Shown piece by piece: positions 37,801 through 48,900 of a stretch of DNA of 51,195 bases. Under the pieces are notes generated by a model. That model saw only the letters and a program-made list of their open reading frames with translations, did not search any database and was not told the DNA's origin. The DNA is taken from IMG/VR virus record IMGVR_UViG_3300020045_003677, positions 124,098 to 175,292 of that record; one strand, written 5' to 3'. The DNA comes from a virus. Taxonomy: Duplodnaviria; Heunggongvirae; Uroviricota; Caudoviricetes. A program made the translations under genes and the position numbers. Within the stretch, counting starts at the first letter, position 1; each line of letters begins with the position of its first letter.

Positions 37801-40800
37801 TATCTGTTTGATATCAAATGATAACTGGTCTTTGTATGTATCAGAGACTAGATCTCCAGCAATACCCGGGGCTTCCCTGGTAGCTAAAGATTTTTTCAGT
37901 ACTCCTGTTAAATATTCAAAAGTAGCTCTAGTTACCAAGTCATTATAGGCTGCAGTACCTTTAGTTATTTTAGAATCTGTTGCAATCTTATCAGCTATTG
38001 CTGCTATCTTTGCATCCACTTCTTTGGTAAAGATCTGACTTGAGATACCTACTGCTTTGTACACAGCAATTACCTCTGCCATAGTATTACCCTCACCAAC
38101 AATAGCAGACAGAATCTGGGTGATCATTGGAATGTGGTTTGGATCTTCTGGGTCTTCGTTATGATTAGCTGTTGCTTTAGATCCGTGACTAGTGTCCGGG
38201 TTGTGGTCGGCTTGTAGAATAACACAATGGTATGTGTTATCAACTTCAGACCAACCATTAAAGTTCTCATCACCGTATACATATCCAGGATCATTGATAC
38301 TAGTATCTGATAGTAACTGCTTACTACCTGTCTTTTCCTGTGATTTAAACCCTACCTTTTCCACATATGAATCCCGTACTGGGAATGTAGCAGTATCCAA
38401 TGACATGTCATTAGGTGATACAGAATGATTTCCGATCACATTAGCTACCATATTCCAGGCATTCTTATTATCGATAGATCCGAAGTATTCCCACAAATGT
38501 TGTAGATCTTGGAACTGCTTCTGAACCTTGTCTGTTTTCAATTCTCCGTTAGCAAGTCTTGTTTTTAAAGCAATTCCCGCTTGTTGTTTTTCAAATTCAG
38601 TTCCCTCACGTAATGGACGTAATAATGATTCCATAGTAACCACAGTACCTGTAGCGGTGTCTAGAACCATTTCCAATCCGTAACCTCCATTCAACCACAT
38701 CTCTTCTGTTATCATAGTTGAGAAATCTCCTCTTACTGGGCGTCCTGTAGCCGGGTCGACTTTAGGAACCATCATAAATGGGGTGTTGAATCTAACTGCT
38801 GAGTTCATTTTGACAAGCATGTTGTATAGTTCAGGAGTACCTTTCTTGGTAAGTTCTGTTGAGAACATATCAAAAGTGGCTTTCTTCTGGAATCTGTAGA
38901 ATCCCTTAGCATCTACTTCGTTGGTAATGTCCTTTACAGGAGCACCAGTAGGACTATAGTTAGATTCCTCTCCACCTAGAGAATTGGCTAGTTTAATGAA
39001 ATATAATGGGTGACCTATCTGAACAGCGTCATAGATATCCTGACCATCTTTACCTGATTTACCAAGTACTGTAAGGTCAAAACTAGGGTCTTCTATAGTT
39101 ACGTTTTTGCTAGACCTACCTAATAGTACTCCAGGCTCGTGTGCTCCGGCAAGACGTGGATGTTGTCCGGTACTACTCATACCAGCATTACGTTTAACCT
39201 GATCAATGAACTGTGTACTACTTGTTACAGCCATGTCATCGAATATCAGTGCCTTAGCTTTGACATCTGGTGACAGAGATTTATTATGTAGAATAGCTGA
39301 GTATAAAATCTTTGATTTATCTTTGCTTGAACCTACCGCATCAATTACTTCTTGAACAGTTGCTGATGATAAAGGTTTAACCTCACCATTCACTGTAGTA
39401 ATAGTCAATGCCTTAACGTTATTTAACGTAGCTTTGGCATCAATTTTACCATTGGTAACCACAGTGATATTGGATGCTTTCGGTAGTTTGAATTGTGCAA
39501 ACCCCCCGGTATGAATACGAAGTAGTTCTCCGCCTAGAGTATTACTATTGAAGAAGAACGCATCCAACAAGACCTCTTTACCACTCTCGGCATTCAGTCC
39601 TGCATTAGGAAGCTTTTCCGTTAATACCTTCAACGATTGTTCAGAGATCTTAGTATATCCTTCATCTGTTAATGCACGTTTAAACATCTTCAGATTGGTA
39701 TTTACAAATTCTGTAGCAAGAGCTGCATCGTTAAATAACGCAACATTGTTCAGAACATGCTGTGGGATAACCGAAATACCTTCTGGTCCAATTGCTATCA
39801 TAGCATTCTTAACCAAACCAGAACTAGCGGATAACCCTCTATGAGTTGTAACTTCTCCAGTTGTTGGGTTAGTCCATGTAAACTCTCCGTAAGGAATTTG
39901 TGCTGCACGAAGTTTAGCATCAATGTCGAACAGTGTATCAGTAGATGAGATATCAACTGGGAAAGGTAGTGACCTAACGGCTACTAACCACCCTTGTTTA
40001 ATCTCTTCAGCTAAGTTATTCCAGTAAGTCTGTTGACCAGCAATCATACGATTTCGTAGAATTGTAGTATCCAGACCTGTCCCATTAGAGGTAACCGGGA
40101 AGAAGAATTTCTCATCCGACTGCATCTTTACCAATGGAATATTGGTTTTATCTGAGAATACCCCAAACTGAAGCATTGTCTCAGTAAAGTTACTGTTTGC
40201 AAGAGTCTGTAAGAAAGCCTGTTCGATTTGTAGCTGGGCCTGTTCGTGAATAGTCATATCCTGATTCTTCTTTACAGTCTCTCCAACCTTAATACCAGTC
40301 TTAGTATAGAATCCGTCTATCTTTACTTCCGGTGCTGATCCTGTTAAGAACCCACCACGATGAATAGATGAAGGCTCTCCCATACGTTTAGCTAGAGTAG
40401 CACTCTCAGAGATTTTATTCTTTGGAGTTACGATAGCCATCTTATTACCACTATGGTCTTGAGCATACACCTTTCCATCTTCACCATACATTCCACGCAA
40501 ACTAGCTTCTAGAGCACGTTTGTAGCCATACATGGTATCTACTGGATCATACTTAAATGGATTACCGTAGGTAGATATAGTGTCTGATGTTATAAGAGAT
40601 AGGATATCACTAGTAGCTTTATTCATCTCCGACATTAACACTGTAGATAGTAAGAACTGCTCCAATGCGCGCTCTTGTTGTTCTGGCTGTTCCAACATTC
40701 TAGATGAACTGGAAAACTCAACCATAAAGCTATCGTTTAGTACTGCTGGACTGACCGGGAATCTGCTGTAAATTGATCTTAATTCAGAAAATGATAGCTG

Positions 40801-42939
40801 ACTTTCTGGAAACTCTAGAACAGTGAATGGAAATCCACCTTTGAATTTACCATTTATAATAGGGTTTAAGCGTACTTTATACTTAACATTGGTACCTTCA
40901 ACACTTATCTGGAACAATCTTTCATTAGATCCTGAAGTAAGTGCTATTACCCTTAGGTCTTTTAATGCATCCGGGTTGGTAAATACAGCACCGGCTTGCT
41001 CAATAGCTCTTGGGTATGAAGCCATTTCAGCTTTATACTTAGAGATGATATTGTATGACTTGGTATTAGTAGCTCTACCAACACCGTTAGATGACATGAA
41101 GCTTTCATGTTTAACAGTACTGTTTAAAGACGTAATAATACCCGACAATGATTTAGTAAGATTTTTGTTACTGGTATCGAATGGAGCAGCTTTTCCCTCA
41201 TCATGCTTTTCAGCCCATGCCATGTAGTCATCTAAGTCTACTGCTTCTTTAGAATTCTTATCCACTATACCTTTATATGATCTATAGGTTCTGGTTACCT
41301 CTTTACCCTTTTCTAACATTGAAACAGAGTAGTCTTCTGGAGAGAAGAATCTGTAGTATATAGATGCCAGGATAGGAGACGTAGCCTCATTTGGGTGGCT
41401 AAGAAACTCATTCTTAATATCTTCAGCAAGACCCAGTGCGTCTCGTCTAAAGCCTTTTTCTGTTATAACGTCGGCAATTAACTCAAAGTCAACAGCTTTC
41501 AGATATGGACTATCAGCGTTCTTTGTGATAGACGTAACTTTCCCACCTTCCACAACTACGTTTAATCGCGGAGTAGTCCTCTTATGGACAAAGATAGTTG
41601 CTGAATCCTGATCGGCCGCAGCTACTGTAGTATCATTAGCTACGTAACCTACGCGATATTTAGATTTATACCCTTTAGCTAACTGTGGATAGAAGTGCTT
41701 TAAAATCTGTACATAGTTGTTAGACAGCATGTATGAGAACAATACTTCTTTCATATTCTCATCGAAATGCTTGTCAGCTACTGACAAGGTACTGAACCTA
41801 TTATCTATCTGGTCTTCATCTGTTGGCAGTTCTTTTGCAGTTCCGTCCTCATTTATTGAGTTATCATTGAAATAGTCTACAGACAATCCCTGCATGTCAG
41901 AACGTATGGCCTCTACGGCTTCGTCGAATGATGGAGCAGAGATTATGAATAACTCCTGTTGGTTACCACTAGCCTGCATTCTACCATCTGTTATGAGATT
42001 GTGCTTATACACTGTATAAAGTACATTACCATCTTCATCCTCCCCTTCTGAGTCAATGCTTACATTCTGTGGTAATGCACCTTCCTGGAAGTAAAGGAAC
42101 TTACTTGATGTTCCATCTTTTCTATTACTAGCATTGATGGTACCCTGGGCTCTGTTCTCATAGTACTTTACCATGATATCGTTGATGTTACCGAGAATAG
42201 CTCTCGATGAATGCTCAACTGATGAGAACCCAATAATATTACCGTCAGCGTCTACTTCTTGATCAATCCACCCTTTAGCTACTTGATCGTGTAAGAAGTT
42301 AATGAATTCTCCAAATAGGTGCATACGTGATTCTCCCATCATATCCTGGATAACCGAGGATATACTACGAGTATCAGAATCTTTAACACTACTTAGATCG
42401 AAGTCTGCATATTTAGTAGTATTAATAGGAGTGTCCTGGCTTGCACCTGGACCCTCTGAACTCTCTTGGTCTTCTATTACACCACCTTCTTCAGCTGATT
42501 CAGATGTAGGCACTTCCGGTATTTCCACAGTAACTGCAGAAGCTTGACCATCGGATGTATTATCTTCAACGTAAGATTGCAATACAGAATTAAGGATGTC
42601 ATCATTTACTGTGATAAACCTTGTTACCGTAGCATCTTTCTTTTTTAGACGTTCATCAGCAACTATAGCCATCTTGCTTCTAGCAATGTTGAGCATAGCT
42701 ACCGCTCTAGACCAATCCTTATCGAACTGAATACTCTGTTCTGACTCAGGATTTTCTAGGTACTCACGTACTACTTCTTCACCATTTTCTGGGTATGCAA
42801 GAGTAACAAATCTAGTCAACAACTTCTTATGCATCTCTGCAACTATCTGTTGAGACTGCTGTGGGTCTATTGTCTTGTAGGTTAAATTAAGGCGAGCACA
42901 GAATAAATCTACGCCCGCCCATAAAGAAATACATTCCAT
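31822..42939 (-). CDS. crAss-like virion RNA polymerase (double-psi beta-barrel type, 3705 aa) with a C-terminal zincin domain
   Basis: ARIPAQGKQS and GADYDIDK (DxDxD metal motif, compare DFDID of phi14:2 gp66). C-terminal TPIHEYMH...GEE zincin. Confidence 0.9.
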   Translation of the reverse strand: MECISLWAGVDLFCARLNLTYKTIDPQQSQQIVAEMHKKLLTRFVTLAYPENGEEVVREYLENPESEQSIQFDKDWSRAVAMLNIARSKMAIVADERLKKKDATVTRFITVNDDILNSVLQSYVEDNTSDGQASAVTVEIPEVPTSESAEEGGVIEDQESSEGPGASQDTPINTTKYADFDLSSVKDSDTRSISSVIQDMMGESRMHLFGEFINFLHDQVAKGWIDQEVDADGNIIGFSSVEHSSRAILGNINDIMVKYYENRAQGTINASNRKDGTSSKFLYFQEGALPQNVSIDSEGEDEDGNVLYTVYKHNLITDGRMQASGNQQELFIISAPSFDEAVEAIRSDMQGLSVDYFNDNSINEDGTAKELPTDEDQIDNRFSTLSVADKHFDENMKEVLFSYMLSNNYVQILKHFYPQLAKGYKSKYRVGYVANDTTVAAADQDSATIFVHKRTTPRLNVVVEGGKVTSITKNADSPYLKAVDFELIADVITEKGFRRDALGLAEDIKNEFLSHPNEATSPILASIYYRFFSPEDYSVSMLEKGKEVTRTYRSYKGIVDKNSKEAVDLDDYMAWAEKHDEGKAAPFDTSNKNLTKSLSGIITSLNSTVKHESFMSSNGVGRATNTKSYNIISKYKAEMASYPRAIEQAGAVFTNPDALKDLRVIALTSGSNERLFQISVEGTNVKYKVRLNPIINGKFKGGFPFTVLEFPESQLSFSELRSIYSRFPVSPAVLNDSFMVEFSSSSRMLEQPEQQERALEQFLLSTVLMSEMNKATSDILSLITSDTISTYGNPFKYDPVDTMYGYKRALEASLRGMYGEDGKVYAQDHSGNKMAIVTPKNKISESATLAKRMGEPSSIHRGGFLTGSAPEVKIDGFYTKTGIKVGETVKKNQDMTIHEQAQLQIEQAFLQTLANSNFTETMLQFGVFSDKTNIPLVKMQSDEKFFFPVTSNGTGLDTTILRNRMIAGQQTYWNNLAEEIKQGWLVAVRSLPFPVDISSTDTLFDIDAKLRAAQIPYGEFTWTNPTTGEVTTHRGLSASSGLVKNAMIAIGPEGISVIPQHVLNNVALFNDAALATEFVNTNLKMFKRALTDEGYTKISEQSLKVLTEKLPNAGLNAESGKEVLLDAFFFNSNTLGGELLRIHTGGFAQFKLPKASNITVVTNGKIDAKATLNNVKALTITTVNGEVKPLSSATVQEVIDAVGSSKDKSKILYSAILHNKSLSPDVKAKALIFDDMAVTSSTQFIDQVKRNAGMSSTGQHPRLAGAHEPGVLLGRSSKNVTIEDPSFDLTVLGKSGKDGQDIYDAVQIGHPLYFIKLANSLGGEESNYSPTGAPVKDITNEVDAKGFYRFQKKATFDMFSTELTKKGTPELYNMLVKMNSAVRFNTPFMMVPKVDPATGRPVRGDFSTMITEEMWLNGGYGLEMVLDTATGTVVTMESLLRPLREGTEFEKQQAGIALKTRLANGELKTDKVQKQFQDLQHLWEYFGSIDNKNAWNMVANVIGNHSVSPNDMSLDTATFPVRDSYVEKVGFKSQEKTGSKQLLSDTSINDPGYVYGDENFNGWSEVDNTYHCVILQADHNPDTSHGSKATANHNEDPEDPNHIPMITQILSAIVGEGNTMAEVIAVYKAVGISSQIFTKEVDAKIAAIADKIATDSKITKGTAAYNDLVTRATFEYLTGVLKKSLATREAPGIAGDLVSDTYKDQLSFDIKQILPVATSSVNSDFNRNTVRMTFPGGQYIVAPSHDFIKTFTVAGKDGFTRDDINKISINPTHPLYSAVIGDPQFALKPPVMADLVPSDILTISIVNPAYEAMMLGMNLKLGDKIQYSKLRRLIASTNPEDVDSLVEGFVQDNTEYRLGNSRGSSNRLQWTQYRKHNADGTITNIKDTEEYKAFQAVKFLKPGDEIPRNLRRYYYFNGNNEEGAPIREVFTNTELAQADAALANNPDTTADIEFIIKSRTTDPGFIKRFEKPLYNLLQEEGWTSEPAEFYMPSMHKKTFLLRDTDSLYDIIGATDPDYNKLISLGVIKPGTYSKGGKEISLIDNEDIYRQLNTNFSTINTIIGLPSSPYFQQMTPEQQAAWTEFKAAKGAQNKSMIKFFKQRVSKLYESNFNAFRTAPSVAIAIDRMEKQVKNSPSGSEYSKALNLLLTELKESTVTVETTDADILNRVFKQGEFPNGPITQLINKKAAKLASGFTTSLEFITARIPAQGKQSGTIGKIKNFVFSSRNSCYGPLEMLKMTGADYDIDKQNMMTWAFDEDGVLIDWKPFLDANGQISMDKFNTWSEGMTSKEANAYFKSAIQNFIVHNITAVFKSPKNAIEANTPVSMDKTKQAKTEPDLSQAVKSKSVEDILKLREHASPFNPADMFKYEKLNMDGKSGIGIFASDLKGYFATYFATITSDPSSEGEYIKFKSNSGLNITQSEKLGIRQDAVQFFDLKTGELTSESSTIANSGKYVGEGKGISIKAKEGLDKLKNAETEEEQIAILSEYVDAIHASNNANVDEQAWEDLSELLSAATDNAKELILGQINATTATSSIISTMVRMGIDLKYALQLVGHTDPKARPRTVKIGTKTYNDIRDIRGLIRKIDEVGDTQKDGGGFARLLPILETMQPDVPLGAGEKELREYVSDPFRQLFTFAKMTEEFGLLSSLLSINQGLKNSAFEGWKFISGIEARLNDITGGKPAFDFERFIKSASRAVKDGGDGGMYMHDIIKSFDTQRTGINVPFVLSKNSHYFGYYEAMFKAKELVNVVSKVDSTVETIIDNMTAKAPRLKRKVTDKDYKGIQNLIYGIGVEGYLKDVTKLFVIDGKTFDLSIATSPMTSDTSIGGRYEFIQYLPEAVNQAANFGADNHFLSSIPAQDSTVDYITQVRVPILKGPNLHNVTADRFAELKVGLSALKKSNRELYDALFLYSLITNKGSYASGSFIALYDPEKYVDFSGYIKNNADAISAIALNSNNKDIVKYNNPIFIEALSTSKDNIGTYEQAVNNEEQITEDFFDYGSEVGDDFFDNDGEFEEVHRRRTYLDANEKLFHTEGITKGKMSKNGIKDDIIRSKETGLIYKWDKFIKLWIPMVQRIPSLVIPFSGVNQTGMITDTGFDEGWETTLPEVTPSGEPVKAKIISYVDKYFIDRFKKDLSKSLHIASNTNFEGEQYLIKRDNGAYEIVSKQFLLAGSTDGLELSQHRIGKRYSTIKDKLKSDVSHGFFTLNGVLYDRKVEGSVPTNNVTISPSRIGKARNMYGGLNVANIKPVIDGLDAAKQFNMSETALNNQFEALKQQYLSNAVFEQFETFDLDKLNHLYTGRERRAAAAIIKETNDIFDTQSSIVSKLITLYKGKNIIEDRFKSLEGAKLTPETTKDLVAGKAPSIAIEAFKDQTLLDNTSWGQAQQLMRLMGVTNDSFEKLVKDTLLKKGGSLDVYIGGEETKGRPDGSTELVSRVITNKEVKPKGYSPFSMEHEVPNDLRNKFSREASPDVLNSLINVLNDRFPGSNFSRMSTAQIEETFGAHYSRPGVKAFVMNGEVIFNQERMTLDTPIHEYMHIYMQHLKLEDPELYHQLIEHSLEHPLAESMAKTYKDITRFELGEEVFVSLVSAHMMGTASENEHLTALLDLTSKGSTVFGKILDFFKGIFNKAFGVSEDKLDLTLTDSLGSIIDKLGSELAYGKGSMLKDFSNETKQLIAQSRKGAMIDYKQVLDLLTEKGFIKRVCV

Positions 42940-42953
42940 ATATTATTGTTTTA

Positions 42954-45900
42954 TTAACACATTGATGTAAATAAAGCGTCTACTACGTCCATGAAACCTT
43001 CGAAATTACTTCCGGCATGAACAAAAGCTGAACTAGCTATAAGAGCACTTTCGTCTGAGAATTTATCACTAACTTCGGCATACTTCTTTTCTCCACGGAG
43101 AACCTGGGTAACTGCTTCCAATCTATCTCCTACTTCACCTTGAACCTTTGTAAGAATCTTAGTGTATTCTGCTTTCACATCTTCGGAGAGATTAGCAAAT
43201 CCTGTTGATGCAAGAATTGCTGATGATAGGTTAGCTCCTTTGCCTGTAGTATCTACAGTGTCGATTGCCTTTCTGGCTTCTTTAAACTTCTGTTCCATTT
43301 CATTGTACATATTTCCCGGGAATACTGATTGCCATCCGGATAGCGTTATTTGTAGAGCATTTAAGGCCTGAGTCTTAGTAGTGGTATCAAGTTCTTGACT
43401 CACTATAAAGTCAATATCTCTAGAGAATTCCTCAACCCATTCCTGGGCGGTCTGAGTAGAGAAAGTAAGGTTAGCGATTGCATTCTTAACATTCTCATTC
43501 TCCATTAAGTTATTGTATAGGTCAGGATTAGCTGCTTTTAATTCTAACATAGGTGCACTCTCAAGAGGTATTGGGTAACTAACCAAAGCGTCATACATCG
43601 CGTAAGCAATAACTTCAGCTCTATTTAGGTTGTCTTTCTTTCCAAACAGATAAGGCTCTAATTCCGATTTCTGTTCGTCAGTACCAATAACATATGCTCT
43701 AAGTAATTCTGTCTTGTTGTAAGGATTAATAACCTCTGGGCTAGTAAACTTATGCAAAGACTCTATAGTTTGTTCTGTAGATAACTTAGGAGCAGGTATT
43801 GTGATCTTACCTTCTTTATGTGCCTGCACTATATTTCTGATATCATCTGTAGTTCCTACTACACCGGCATTCTTGGTATAGGCTGCAACTATAGGATCAA
43901 TATACTTATCAAGAAGTTTCTTTGGTTTAACTTTAGAAGCAAGTTCTCTAAGAGCATTGATTGTATCTTTCAGATATCTCTGGTCTGATATTGAAGCAAC
44001 CTCATCGAATATTGATAAATCGAGTATTGGGTTATCTTCCTTGATCTTTGCTACTATCTCTGAGTTAGGTCTTGGGAAATTACCATTCCTGATATCTTCA
44101 AATGACACTACCTTAGGAGTACTGAATCTGTTTATAATACCTTTTATCTTATCCAAAACTTCATTGTATCTGGTCTCAATAGTCTTCAGTACCTTAGTAC
44201 TTTTATTCTTTGATCCAGAAGCTTTAAGTGTATTAACAGCATTAACTGCCTGTGTACCTTTCTGTTTCAACCAAGCCTCAGTAGGAGTTTCGTTTGCAGC
44301 TATATCCTTTTCAAGATTGTCCACAATAGTATCCATCTGAGTTAATATGGTATCTACTTCTTTAGTATCTGCTACAGCTTTTGTAACTACTTGCTCTTTC
44401 TTAGCATCTTCAACTGACTGTATTAAGTTGTCTAGATTGAATGCTAGTGCAGAACTTCTGATATCCTTAACCGGAGTTGTTAGTCTAGACTCTAGGTCTA
44501 TACCTCCTGATAATGTACCCCAACTTGAGGTTTTACCCATTTTGGTCATAGAAGGAGGAACCTTGATTCCTAAGTTAAGAGTACCTTTAATTGAGTGATC
44601 TAACATTAAAGTGTCAAATAATCTCAATGTTTCCTGAGCAACTTCTGGTGTAGCATTCTTTAATAACAAGTTGAAGAACGATTCCATATTCAGCTTCATT
44701 GGTTGGAATTCTGATGAATGTCCTGCAGCTTTTGCTACCGAGCTTGGTATGAATATTAACGGTCTTTTGTTGATATTTAGAATAACCGGTTTCCCAGATA
44801 ATTCTGAAGTTACTAGTTTGAATGTTCCTGGTTCTAAGTTAGATGCGGGGTACGCATGATACCTAGTCATATCAACATCCGGAGTCTCTTCAGTTATTGC
44901 TGATGTTAACAAATCTGCCTTGTAGTTTCCCATGTTGGCATCCTTTGTCATCGTATCGATTATAGATAAAAAATGTGTAATTACAGGGTCATTAGCATCA
45001 TATTTTGATACCAAATCTTTAACAAAACCTTCCATTTTACTGTCGTCTAGTACCCTTATAACATTACCTTTTTCGTCCGTATTAGCCTTGCGAAGTTCCT
45101 TGATTCTTTCGAATTGAGTTCTATCTCGGCCCATAGATGGATTGTTAGCATCCATACGGTTAACATCTTTGATAGCTGTTGCAATATCAGTGAAGAAAGC
45201 TATGAGTCTTTTATTGACCGCAGAGTTTGATGGTATTGCATATCTATTGAACTCCTCTTTAGGAGTATTCTGATAGATGTTAGCTAATTCAGAGAATGTA
45301 GAATGTGGGTAATCCAGCATCAATACTCCAATACCATCTCTTAGAGATGCGACTGCACCTTCAATAGAATTATCTTTGGATTTAGTAGCAAACTCCTTTA
45401 TCTTATTCTCAAGTCCCATTACTACTGATGGATCCGATAGATCATACTTACCATTAGATGAGTACAATACGAATATCTTACCCGCAGTCTTAGCTCCCTT
45501 TTTACCGGGAACATCTTGCCTAAATACAAGTGGTGCTGAGAACGTCAGATCTTTTCTGTTGTTGTTTCTAGTATACCCCTTTTCATCATCTATATCAGTC
45601 TCATGCTTTGTAAGCGCCTTAAGTTCATTAAGTGTTATTGAGACGTTCTCAAATGATTTAGTGGTAATATTCTTTATACCTCTGGTTGCATTCCTGATGG
45701 TCTCCAGTCTAGAATATGTGTTATCAATATCAGGTAAGGAGTAACCAAGTACAGATGCGATATTACTTCTGAGTATGTTGATAGACTCATTATCGAATGT
45801 CTTAGCAGATCCCATCTTTATATCCAAAGTCATTGACTCAAGAGATTTCCTGATAGCATTGACTTCAGAGTATATTTCCTCATCACTACCGTTAACCTCA

Positions 45901-48900
45901 TCGAATATAGGTGTACCTTCTGCAGTTAATCCAAAGAATGGTTTAAACACTCTACCATCTGTAGTAAGATATGGTATTGATATACCAGGAGTTACTTTAA
46001 CCAGTACGATATTGAGATCTCCAAATTTAGCAACTAGATGCTTTCCACCAAACTGTGTGAACACCTTGGTAGCTTTTACAGCATTTGTGTTGGTATCGTC
46101 TATCTTCAGGCCCTTAGTTAGATCAGTAAACTTATCTACTAAAGTATTTACACTAAGCGCTTTCTTAGCATCTCTTAGTTCGCGTAAATGATCGTTGCTC
46201 CAGCTAGAGTCAGTCATCTCTGACATAACGTTCATTATAGCATCCGAACTACGCATAAGAGTACCAGGAGTAGATCCAAGTAGAATCTTATTTCCAGATA
46301 AGAACGCTTTAGTAATAGCAGTTTCCATTACTATTGGCAGTTGTATCTGTTTGTTAGCGTTGTACCCACGTATTGAATTAGACTTATCTCTCTTTAATAG
46401 AATAGCTGAGGCCTGTCGTAGAACTGACCCTGGAATCTGAGTAAACTCATATGATTCTGGATTAGTAGTCTTGGTATCAGCCATGTATTTATCAGCAACT
46501 TCTGTTAGTACTCTAGTACGTTCTTCCACAAAAGTTTTGAATTTACCATCTTCTAGAGTAGATGTTGGGAAATGTGATAACACAAATCTCTTACCAGAAC
46601 TTAATTCAGTAGCTACTATAGAATGTCCATCACGTACAGACTTATTCTGCATATACTGATGGCTTACAAACGAATACGAGAATTTACCCATATCTGACTG
46701 TTTAGTCATTCCGGATGCACGTCTTGTAAGTTCTTCTAATTCAGCAGTATCACTTATTTTAGTACTGGACAATCCGTTCCAGAAGTTATCCTGACTATTC
46801 CATAATTTAGACTGAAGCGAGTGATTGTACGTTTCGGATCCAAACTCTTTAGCAATCTCAGTATAACCTACCACAATACCCTTAGACTCGAGTTCTTTCA
46901 TTGCTTCAACCTTGCCGGTCTTGTCGCCTTCCATAGTGAAAGTCTCATCAGCAATGTTTGTGACTATGTCGATCTGATCCTCTGTTAGGTCCATATCGTC
47001 TTCATCTTGCATCAATAAGTTGTCTAAATTATTTAGGGCATTTACAGCCTTTTTTAGAGACTCTTTAGTCTTATATGCCTTACTGTTTATTGCATCAGTA
47101 ATTCTCTTTTTATAGTCCTGTATCTGGTCATAATCGAACGAATCCAGTTTAAGAATATCCTTTACCTCTGACAACAGAATCTCTGCATCCAGATTATCCT
47201 CTGGAGTTAGACTAGGGTCCTGTAATGGTTTAGCAGCAGGGGCTTTCTTGGCCTGTTTCTTTGACTCTTGTTTAAGAGCCTTGGCTGTTGCACCAACTCT
47301 AGTATCTTCTATTCTATCTACCTTTACTGTCTTACCAAGATCCGAGTCTCTGTCTATCGTTACAATAGTTTCTGGGTCGTCTTCTGTTGATAATGTAGTA
47401 GGACTCAACATAGTAGCTTTCTTACCATTGAAGGTAACTTTACTACCCTTACGTAGAGACACTTTTCTATATGCAGCTACGTACTCATCTTCTACTTCAG
47501 ATGGTACTTCAGGAGGAGTTAGTAGTGTATTAGCAGGATTACCTGGGTTCTCTGATTCACCTCTTCTTAGAATGGTTCCAAGATTAGGTGTAGTATGAAC
47601 ATTTAAACCAATATCAAATGGAGTTGCCTCAGCATCACCGACTTCTGATACTATGATATCTCCTGTATCACTAATAGCTTCAACCTTAAACTGTCCTTCA
47701 AATGTGCCATCAGATGCCATCTTAGACACTATCTCACCTTCTTCGTATTGAATATCTGTATTTGATACCTTTTCAGTAGCAGGACTTACAACAGTACTCT
47801 TACCAATGCCACCAAGCAAGTTAACTCTAAAGTCTGTCCATGCTCCCATAAACTGGGTAGTCGAATGTTTGATGGAGAATATTGGTGTCTGTGCTTCGGC
47901 AGAAGCGATGTCGATGTTCGAATCAACTCTGACTTTAGCATAGTATCTAGCGCGTCCTACAAGCATTGACAGTAGGTTATACTTGAATGATTGTCTTGAA
48001 TCCGGATCATTTATTTGTGGTAACCACCCATTCTCAGGAAGGTTTACTATTACATAACTGGACTCCATTCCTTGAGCACCGAGAATTGATCTGACTTTCA
48101 CATTACTCTCTTCTTTGAAGTTCTCGATCTTGAATGCGCCTGGGTATTTTTCAACCAGCGCTTGTAGATCAGCAGGAAGATCCTGAGCAGACCCAATCGA
48201 TTCATCAACTATAAGTACAGTGAATTTAGGATCATCCTCTAGCTGTTTAGTTAACTCAGCTGCCAGTCCGTTGTACAACTCTCCTCTGGTATTAACTACC
48301 TGAACACCACCCATTTTGCCGGTAGAGTCATCTACTATTGGTCCATAGTGGGTTCTTATTTTTGATTTCTGTGAGCGTAAACTCTTAGAGATTCCATATT
48401 GGTCAACTTCTTTAGCAGCTTTTGCGAATGAATCAATCACTGTTACAAATGCTCTAAAGTTAGTAGTAAGAGGTTTAGTCTTAAGAATCACAGACATCGG
48501 ATCTGATATATTCAGTACAGTTCCGGCTTCGTCTTTAGACCCAATAACAGTTCCACTTAATGAAGTATCACCGGCTCTAAAGCCGCCCTGGCTACCATCA
48601 CCCAAACCAATGAAAGATAGCATAGGAAGTTTAGGATCCTTAGCACGCTCTGTGTTAATGTAGTTCATTCCTTCAGCTAGAAGTGTGAACAAAGACTTTT
48701 CAGTTCCAGACTCATAGCGCTCTATCAAAGTAGCCTCATCAAATACTATTAAAGATACTTTCTCAAGTTTCTTCATAGCTACAGTTGGGTCTTTAAACAT
48801 TAAGAATAAATCCTCTTTTGTAAACCCATAGCTCTCTCCGTTCCCTAAAGTATTAATACCAAAGGTATTGGCTGCTTCATGTAGCTTGTTGATCTGATCT

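Noticed and set aside
4250-42939. Inteins in the RNR, ligase or RNAP
   Set aside because: No C/S...HN-[CST] splice junctions or embedded LAGLIDADG blocks seen. RNR and ligase lengths are normal.
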